The position numbers and the translations under genes are program-made. The notes below the pieces were generated by a model. The model worked only from the letters and a program-made list of their open reading frames with translations. It did not search any database and was not told the DNA's origin. 64,000 nt of DNA, taken from the NCBI GenBank assembly GCA_000708835.1, contig DF237409.1, positions 1 through 64,000 on the forward strand. The letters are read 5' to 3'. Positions within the stretch are counted from its first letter, which is position 1. Each line of letters opens with the position of its first letter. Shown piece by piece: positions 54,803-64,000 of this stretch. This DNA comes from Klebsormidium nitens. Lineage: Eukaryota > Plantae > Klebsormidiophyceae.

Positions 54803-57246
54803 GGGTTTAGCCGGTGGTTATCACTGACTGCATCTTCGAAAGATGGAAAAGAGAGAGACAAGCAGATTGAGAAGTTGAGAGCTTTAGTGTAACATGAAAC
54901 CCAACCTAGAAATAGGTGAGAGGCCTACGGACTAGGGAGACAGAGCGATCTCCCAAGTAACTGTTACTGGAATGATTACAGCACGGTCTGGTGATAGGCA
55001 GCATACAGGAAACACCGTTGCATAGGACACGTATTTATCAAAGGAGCATAAGGCTCAAAATGCGGAGGCGTCAGTGAACAGATCGTTCACAGGGGCGGCA
55101 GCGTTTGCAACTAGCAAGCAGCTGAGAACTCCGCAGGCTTAGTAGAATTTTTAACACTACTGCCCACGTAGGAACTAACCAGCAGACAGACAGCCTGACA
55201 TTCGCTTTTCATAATACAATATGAACACTTGGAACTTCTGGCTTCAGAGGTAACTAAACATTTGTGAACCAGACGAGCAGCTGACCAAGGAAATCAACGC
55301 TCAATTCAGAGTTTATTCGTGTGCAAGCCCCCGTGCAAGCTTCATTGTCTCTGCAAAAGACGATGTCTCAATTCAATACATCCTCGAAATCAGTCATAGG
55401 AGGGAGTTGCTTGGCCACATTGTGGGATCGGCTAGCATGTGCATTGCTTACCTCGATGATCATTGGACATGAGTACATGGTTACAATTTTCTCCACAAAT
55501 TGTCTCTTCACTCGAGCAAGCAGATGATCATGTGCAGAGTCCACTGAATGGTGCTCCTCTTCTACAATGCTATGAAGGTGCACATGCAGAATCCAGATGG
55601 TGCCACTGCCGTTCGTGCATAGCCCTCTGAGCCACACAATTGCAGATGAAGGTTCGCTTGATAGCAGTAACTTCGAGCAGAACATGGTGCCCGACCAGCC
55701 CAGAGAGCTGGAGCAGCTTGTAGCATTCCCCTTGGATGCATTGCAGCTGGAAGAAGGTTGCTGCAAGCTTGCACGTTCTGCTGATCAGCGAAGTTTCGAG
55801 CACTTGCATAAAAGCTGCCCTAGCAGACGCTAGAGCCTGAACCAGCGCACCGCGCCATGGCTTCTTGGCTTGATGATTGATAGATCTGCAATGCAGGAGG
55901 GTTTCACATGCATTTTCCTCGGCAATTGGCTTCAATCAAATTGTTTGACGGCAAAACGATTCTTGACAAACGGCAGAATCGGTCAAAGCGGGCCTCTAAA
56001 TCATATACGGGTTTGAGTCTTCGAGACAAGGAACCGGCAGTCAACCGTCACCCTGGACTTTGAAGCCAACGCAGAATTTTATATACTTTGATATTCAGCC
56101 GGGAGGGCAGCTCGATGAGGAGGGCAGCAGCTCAGAGCTCCACATCAAAGCGCAGTTCTAAACATGAGACAGAAAGACTCAGAGCGCTCAACTTTTCACA
56201 TACAGATCCACCAACTCTTACTTGTAGAGGATGTCATGAATTTTTGCAGGTTCATCAAGCTTGCCAGTTTGATATCTGTTGGTAGCGGACAAGGGCCTTG
56301 AGCTGGCTTGCCCACCCATCCTAACCCAACACCAAATAGATCGGGTCGCTTCTCACGCTTCGTCTGGCCCTCAATTGAAGTCACCGCCAGCTTGTTGTGT
56401 ACAGAACTTCATTCTCCATCTCAGGAGCTATTCTGGAGATTGGTCCTAGCCCGTGCTCTATCACCGAGCAACAAGTCCTGTTCTAAGTCTCTTTGAGGGC
56501 ACCTGGGAAAACGGCTCGCATCTGTATCCCCCTTAGCTAGCTGTAAAACCGCTTTTTCGAGCTGTCGTGCTTTCGTCAAGTGCTTGTCCAATGGCTGCCC
56601 CCCGCCGCAGCAGCAGCACAGCAGCGGACGCCGCCCGAGCTGATCCGGGAAGGAAGGTGACTTGCATTGACAAGGCATTGACATTCTGGTGATGCTTCAT
56701 TCTGCCTTTGCTGCCTGCTCAGATAGCATCATGGAGTCAGGCTGGAAAGTGAGTGTGGGTTGATCTTTTTCATAACTTTCAAAGAGGGCGTAATTGAGCT
56801 GAGGGTCACTTGTACGATCGTTGTAGATGCTCCCTGATCAGTCAGCATGGAGCAGGACAGAATAGTACCTCCCTCTCGGACACTTTCACAGTCCCGTTGA
56901 CGGAGGCCTTCCCCAATTATCAGCCATCGGCAGTGCTAACAGCCAATAAGGAAGTGAGAGAGAGACACTGATTCATATAATCGGAACAGGTCGTCCAGGA
57001 CCACAGCTCACAGTTGCCACGTATATCTGTGCAGTTCCTTTACGCCCCCCCTGCAGCCGACCCCGCCATGCGCCCCCCCCGCTCCACCTCCTTCACTGAA
57101 ATATAGACGAGCGACCCGACAGTAGGGCCCTGCGAGGAGCCTCAAGCGCAGCGGCCAGTCTAGTCGGCAGTACTCTGGACGAACGGGCGGGGCCTTCCAG
57201 GTTGGGGGATCAGAGATGGGCGGCGTCTCTGCAGAACCTAGAGGAT

Positions 57247-59396
57247 ATGGGAACGACGCTCGAGAGTTACCAGAAAGCGCTGCTGAGTAATGTGGTATAT
57301 CTAGATGAGGAGGCGTATGGGAAGGGGGTTAAAGTGGCGGGGCGTGGGCGGGCAGTTCAGGTGGGGGGCTGAGCACCATTGAGTCGGACTTTCCTGTCTT
57401 GCTCTTCCTTCAAGCCCCAACTACCTTGTTGGTTCTTGAAGTTCCTGTCAGATTCCTCGTCCAACTTTGTTGCTTCTTTTGTTAGTTCTCTTGTTCCAGG
57501 GCTGCTCTTCTGCTTTGAAATCTCTTTCAGAAGGTTCCCGCTTTACCGAGCTCCTTTACTCCTTCAATAAACCGTCGTTCCAGCCACCTTCGATAAGTGG
57601 GGATTGGTCTATTGTCTACTGTAGTTTACCTTTTTGACTGAGAAAAAGGGACACTGCAACGGCCTTGATTGATATCTGACAAAGCTCACTTTTGACAGCA
57701 TTCTGACCCTTTTTGCCCAGCTGTCCACGTGTCTGCCCAGGCCTATCACCGAGATTTGATTTGTAGAGCGTTTTAGGTGCCTGACCCCAGTGACAATGGG
57801 CGAATTCTTATCTAAGACCTGATTTGCAGAGATCCTTGATGACGGCCTGGCTGTTGTCGTTTTGATCGTGGAGTCCGAGCTGCGGTGTACGAACCTCCAC
57901 TTAGCACATCTTAGAACGAACTAAAGCTCGTGTGCAGCAGCACTCTCAACTTCTTCGACTTGTGAATTCCTTTGTCGTTATGTGACTCTTCTTTGACACG
58001 GGTATCGTCCGCAGCTTTGTGCCCGTAGTCTGATGGTAGCGTAAAAGGCACAAAATTCTGCATTCCGCTTGTCCGTGCTACAACTTTTGTTGGTTCCTTC
58101 TGCCACACAGTGATTCGACTCCACTACTTCAAACATTGTCCGGAATGTCTCATCATCCTCGCTTGTCCACCAAGAATTTCCTCTGTGTGTTCTACCGCCG
58201 AGGGCATGAAATTGAGACCCCCCAAACCGGCCCCTTTCGCAGCCTTTCCATCCGAAGTCGCACATCGAGCTCTGTCGTGAAATGCCCAGGAGAGGCGGAT
58301 TCGATGGCTTGAGCGAGAACTAGACGCGTCCATCGAGGCGGCCGCGCGCTCGCGGGAGGAGAAGCGCGCTGCGGAGGTGGCGCAGCGGGCTGCAGAGGCG
58401 CGGGTGAAGGAGTTCCTGGAGGAGCCGGAAAACACGACGAGTGAGTCGGATACCAAGGCGCTGATTTGATAATCTTGTGGCGTTTTCTTTTCAAAGAAGT
58501 ACAGTTGTTGAGCTTCTGGTGTTCACTAAGCAAGAAACTACGTCTGGCGAGCTTATGATGTCCACAGAGCATGACACCACGTTCGATGAGCTTTTCTCCG
58601 TCGTGAACTACAGCTGTTAAGCTTATGGTATTTTCAAGATTCATACAAGTACATTGTTCAGCTGCAACAGTCGTACAGCGGATTCCACTTACCCAAACCG
58701 ACCTCGTCTTCAGAGTGACGAGTATCCGTGACACAAGCTGGTGCAACAGTTACAAGAGCGGGCAGAATCGTCAGCCGAAGGGTTCTTGAAGCTGGATCTG
58801 GTTTGGCAGGGTGACGTTCTGCGCTTCTTAGTTGTGCGCTTCTTAGTTTCGAATCAGATTCTGCATCTGACTGAGAAGACCAAAGCTGATGCACTTGACC
58901 AGCTTCACACGCACCTGCGGGCAGCACAGTGCAGCATTTCTTAATTTGAGCCCCTCTTTGTCAATTTGTCATGCTTCTTCGATTGATGCATGCTTTGGGC
59001 AACAAACCGGATTAAGAGCAGATTCGTCATTTCAAAGTGAGACCGCGGTTAATGGGCATTCTGCATCGTGCGTTCCTTTGGGCCCTGATTAACTGGGCTT
59101 TTGAAAACAGAACCTTTTGAATCTGGCCCATGCTGCTTGGGTGGACGTAGTACGGCCGCCCTGATGGCGGACCACTGTAATTTCCGACTGAACCGGTAGA
59201 TTTCAAAAATAAACACGCCGTTGACGTGGCTTTGGGTGCAGGGGTGTTCAAGCTCCACGCGGAAGACCTGCAGCTGAAGGAAGCGCAGCTGAAAAAGAAG
59301 GACGACGAGATTCGGGTGCTGCAGGTGATCATAAGCACCATGAGCAATTCTCCGAAACAGAAACAATCAAGAGTTGGCGTGCATCCGAATCTGTAA
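57247..59396 (+). CDS. Coiled-coil protein of unknown function (partial model)
   Basis: Two in-phase GC-rich exons: 58290-58440 (ERRIRWLERELDASIEAAARSREEKRAAEVAQRAAEARVKEFLEEPENTT) and 59242-59396 (RVFKLHAEDLQLKEAQLKKKDDEIRVLQVIISTM..*). The start (candidate MGTTLESY at 57247) and upstream exons are unresolved. Confidence 0.6.
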
Positions 59397-60212
59397 ATGA
59401 AAACTGATATGCTCTGGGGGATGAGTGGTCCTTGTCAGCGGAATGTGCGATGTCGTCCGCGCGTTTTGCTGACGTGGCCCGTTGTAGAGATTCGCACGTT
59501 CATTGCGTGAAGCTCGCTCGTAATGATGGGAGGAAGCGGAGAGGAAGCGGTCTCCATGCTCTTAAACAATGTGAACATAGACGTACGTTTTGATCAATCA
59601 GCTTTGCAATATCTATGGGCGCCTCCCGATCAGCTGATTGTCAAACTTAAGCCTGAAGTGAAAGAGACTCCGTTCGCCAAGCGCACCAAGGAGCTAGAGA
59701 AAATGCAGTGCTCTAGCTGCTTCGAGCATACCCTATACTTTGGTTGCATGGTGGCCATGCTTCAGCTTCTTTTGCCACAATTCCTGCATGTGTGCAGCTA
59801 TACAATTTACAAGGCCTAAGCCCTACTCAAGCTCGAAGCGACACTGAGTAGGCTTTCAAGTTCAAGTGGCGCTACGGTTTTTAATCACACTCAACCGTCA
59901 GTTACAGTATACCTATAAGTGGTACGATATATGAATGTTACACAACAGTACTAACCTATATGCATTCTAGCATAAACATCCGGACATTATACAGTGATGT
60001 TTCTACGTACATGGGCGCGTCACCGCAGTGTTATCAAAGTTGGTAGCATCAGCTTGTGAACTGCATTGCAAATTGCTGTGCGGGTCTAAAGCAGTGACGC
60101 AATTGCCCGGCCTAGCTACCGGTTCAGATCTTTGATGTTGTCGAGCTAGATCCTCAAATTGTCGCCCATGGTGCGCCCATGTCAGTGCGCATGTCGCGAC
60201 ACCAGCAACCTG

Positions 60213-62545
60213 CTACGCGATGACACCGAACTGTAGGATCACAAGCAGCCCCAACAGAAGCAGCATCATGGCACCTGCAAAAAAAAAAATATGCGGCGGG
60301 GGTCGAACGTTGACTGACAATATCATTCCTGCCGGTAGGTCGTTCAACTCATATGGGACTCATATATATCAATGATGCATCAGCGGGCCTGACAAGGACC
60401 TATGACTCATTCTAAGTTAATGTCAATGCATTGAAAGATCAAAAAGACATGTTTCTCGCCGGACCATGGCATATAGCCCCACGGGAGCCCCATGCTGAGG
60501 CAAAGACTGGGAATCAACCCCTTCCGACCAATCAACGATAAAAACATAAATCAACCTCAAAACGATCATGGCCAGTTCGCTTTTTCTCCTTAGATCAAGC
60601 ATCTGCAAAGTATCAATGCCCACCGGCCTATAGGCAACCAAATCTTTCAAGGTAAGGCCTCAACCGTTATACTCGAATTGCTAAAGACTGGGCTTCTCTG
60701 GTCTGACAGAAAGCAGTGATCACCTGAAGTCCCGGCGCTAGCGCTGGACGGTGGCGGTACAAAGGCTGAAGTGGTTGCGGAAACACTTGCACCTGCAGAG
60801 ACGTAAACGATTAAATCATTTTTGGAGCGAACATGGTTCCCACAATATCAACCGAGGACTCGCGTTGTATTAGCAGCGTCTGAGGCTCCACGTAAAACCG
60901 GCCTCTCTACCGAGCATATATTGGAATCATATCAGAATGTTGAGATTTCGACCGACTTACTCGGACTCCAACAATATAGCGTTTCTGTTTTCGTAGGAAC
61001 TTAGATCACCTGAATTCCTGGGGCTCTGAGCGACGGAGGTCGGCGGGGCAAACGCTGGACTGGTTGCTGAAAGATTTGCACCTGCAGAATCCGACAAGAC
61101 GATTAGCACTATGCTTGGAGCGTGCACAGTTCCCACAACTATCAATGCAACTGGGCACTTCCTGTTGTGTCAGCAGCATGTGGAGCTCCGTCAAGCCCCC
61201 TCTATCAACCATATATACACTGCCGTTTGAACGCAAAATGCTGAGGTTACAACCGCCCTTGCTCCTCAGACAGCTGTGACATGCTTCCATTCATGTCCCC
61301 TTCCGCTCTTTGCAAGTGACCTGCCAGCATCGTAAAGCTTGCATCATTAGTTGAAGGAAGAATGGTTGGTGTATGTGTACGGTTCAGAAGAGCATTCACA
61401 ACGAACAATCTGCTGCCGTAATCACATACCAGCAGGCGTCGTGGGAGCTGTGGGGCCTGTGCCAAAAGATGTAGACAGGGCCGGTGACGGTGCCACTGGG
61501 GTTGGTAGTGGGGCCGTGAAATTAAAGCCCGTGAGGGTGTTCGCCAAAGACGGTCCAGCGGCTCTTGGAGCAGAAGGTGGTGAAGCTGGGGGAGCTAAGT
61601 TGAGAGTGGATGTAGGGGGGCTGGAAGGACGACTCGACGCTGTTGACGTTGGGGGAGATCTGGGACTTGACGCTATTGTTGAAGTTGGGGGGGATCTGGG
61701 GGGGGAAGAGGCCCCGCTGGAAGTTGGAGGGCCCGCTGCAGAGACATGACATGCGAGAGCTATGCCCGAGGGTTCCTTGCACCCGTTCTCGCAAATAAGT
61801 ATATGTTGCTAGCAAGACAATCAAGTAGGACTGGGCATGCAAGTATCAAGCATCATGGGCCACCGATTGTTCTTTTCGTTTTGTGTGTGTAATTGAACAG
61901 AACCGAGTGAAGCACGCAGCTAAACATCCTAGTAGTCATTCCGACTACTATATCACCTACTCACAAAGTTGTAGTATTGAGCATCAGGCAGCTGGCAAAC
62001 TTCCGCCCTTTAAATTTTCAAGACATTGTTTTGCTTGGACAGAATCAAAACTTACCAACTTCAGTATCCGAGTGTTACAACAATCGGTAAGACACGCTCA
62101 ATGATCAGCACCACCTCAGTCAGATGCAAGTAGTCGGATACAGAAAAGAAAAACACTGCAGGCGAGTGGAATTTGCGCCAGACCGACAGGGTGTAACGTA
62201 CACAATGTAGCTTGTAAGAGGGCCAAAAGAGTGCTCACTGCCGCAGGACCTGGCGTCCGCACTGCAGGTAGGATCAGAGCACACCATCCTTTGTTGCGCC
62301 GATGCGCTTGCCCTGCAAGACTGGGAGCACGATACTGTACCAAAGCCGCTTGTGGTGGAGGAGCAACCAGATGCACAGCTAGACAGTCTGTTGCTTATGT
62401 CGGTGATGGCCTGGCGGCATGCTTCTGCGGAACTGTATTGCGCCCAAACCTGAGCCACGCCATAGTGAATTGTCAGCACTGCAAAAGCTAGACGCAGAGA
62501 GAACATCGCTCTCTTGTGGACGGGCGCCATCACAGAAACTGCCAT
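60213..62545 (-). CDS. Secreted, probably GPI-anchored, chimeric arabinogalactan-protein-like protein with an N-terminal 8-Cys domain
   Basis: Exons 62545-62239 (signal peptide ending ..AQVWA, 8-Cys domain, donor GTGAGC), 61735-61430 (Pro/Ser/Thr/Ala-rich), 61081-61010, 60792-60724, 60274-60213 (GAMMLLLLGLLVILQFGVIA*). All junctions are phase 1 and join in frame. A small-residue stretch followed by a terminal hydrophobic tail fits a GPI signal. Confidence 0.8.
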
Positions 62546-62969
62546 GGCAGACGTTGCCGAAAGTACGAGGAAGAGGAGGCCAGCAAGATTTAAGGACTTT
62601 GTATTTATATAGTGCCAGTCGGAGACTCAGAGGCTTTTGCTGTCTCCTGCACATTTGGTTTGGTACTCCGCTCTTCTTAGTTCTGCGTACCGTCATTCTC
62701 TTTGAGTGATTCTAAGCGGTCTTCCTTTGATAAGGCCAAATGCTAGATATGACTAGTACTCCACTATCACCACTAGCTAAGGACCAAGAAGACCCTCAGA
62801 ACGTGATCATGATGAGGAACGAAGGAACTCCCTGGGAAACTCGGCAGTTCTCTCCGCAGTTCCTGGAGTGATCAGTGGCACGCACTTCTGCGGCGGCATG
62901 TTCAGTGACGTGCCGTGGCAGTCCAGCACCGCAGTCCTCCGGTTGCTCAGCCTAGTCAACCTCCCGACC

Positions 62970-64000
62970 AGCTGACAAAGTAGTACTAGTGATAAGATTT
63001 AACCTAGTCTCGAGTCCGAGAGGCTTACCGTGATTGGCTGAGCTACTGCTACCTTTAGTACGTATAACCGGTACATAGCTAGATACGGTATACCGGTATG
63101 CGTACAGGTGGCGTACAGTGGCCCAAACCCGGTACGTGGCCACTGGGCGCGGCTGGGGCCGGCTTGTTGCAAAGTGGCCCGTACGTACCACGTGGGTTGA
63201 AGCGGACAACCGGGAATTCCGTACCGATATTAATGCTACGTTACACAGTACCGTACAGTCGAGTACATGTGTGCACCGTGCGGCGCGCCGAGTTGTAAAT
63301 GACAACATGCCGGCGTTCCGACTCGGGGAGTGCTCAGTGCTGCACAGGAGTCAATCCGACTCAGCAGCCTCGGAGTTTCCCACGGAGTCCCGTCCCGGCC
63401 TGCCAGGCCCCCCCGGTTAATTCGGCTTGGTACCTAGTCAGCATCTGGCCGGGCCCTGGGTCCGATCAGCATCCGGGCCCCGGCCGGCTGGGCCTACCTT
63501 GCTACCAAATTTCGATCAAGCAAGCTAGTGTTTAACGCCTGCCTTTTCTGCCGCGGCCACTTTTCCGGCCGGCCGGCATGGGTGATAAGCGTCGGCAGTG
63601 CTCGGCACCCGCCGGGGTCCCTTCAAACTCGGTTCAAGTTGTCGGCCCATACCATGATACTACCGTACCTATACTGGTGTCCTCAACTTGAGAGGTGACC
63701 GGGTGGTGACCGGGCCCGGGGGCACGCCCCCGGGTGAGCAGTAAAGAGTAGCAATTGCTAGTGAGCCGCCTGCACTGAGCAGTGAGCACCATGGTTTCCC
63801 ACGGCCGGGCCGGTAAGAGCTGAGAACTCATCCAAGTCCGCAGTACCGGTACTGCGTACACGTACTTCCGTACGGTCGAGGCCCCAAAATGCGGGGCGAA
63901 CCACTGACCGGACTCACCGGTGACCGGAGTCGATGTCAGACATCGACAACAGGAAGCCCGCTTTCGCCACCTGGCACCCAGGCCGCAAAAGCTGCAAGCC
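62970..64000. repeat. Palindrome-dense non-coding block (GTAC/CCGG/GGCC-rich), probably transposon-derived
   Basis: About 12 GTAC in ~62980-63270 and 5 in 63843-63873. Perfect palindrome CAGTACCGGTACTG (63841-63854) and hairpin GTCGATGTC-a-GACATCGAC (~63930-63948). No credible ORF. Confidence 0.45.

Overview
Gene-dense, intron-rich eukaryotic nuclear DNA with GT-AG introns and GC-rich exons. The gene content (SCD2, NIPA9-like, Root_cap domain, AGP-like and plastid-targeted proteins) points to a streptophyte, probably a charophyte-type green alga; this is inference. I reconstructed ten spliced genes by hand from splice sites and recalled family motifs: APX-related plastid peroxidase (-), SCD2 (+), plastid HSP70 (+), an alpha/beta-hydrolase (-), an RNI-like LRR protein (-), a ~104-aa FLASH/CASP8AP2-N-terminal-like protein (+), RRN3 (-), a NIPA9-like transporter (+), a large secreted Kazal + PTS-repeat + GDPH/Root_cap mucin-like protein (+) and a GPI-anchored AGP-like protein with an unfamiliar 8-Cys head (-). 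A partly resolved coiled-coil gene (+) is also present. The window opens with a Helitron-like 3' end and closes with a palindrome-rich repeat block. The best leads are the stand-alone FLASH-like protein, the mucin-like protein whose GDPH motif appears only after splicing, and the 8-Cys GPI protein. No database searches were run, and family calls rest on motifs recalled from memory.
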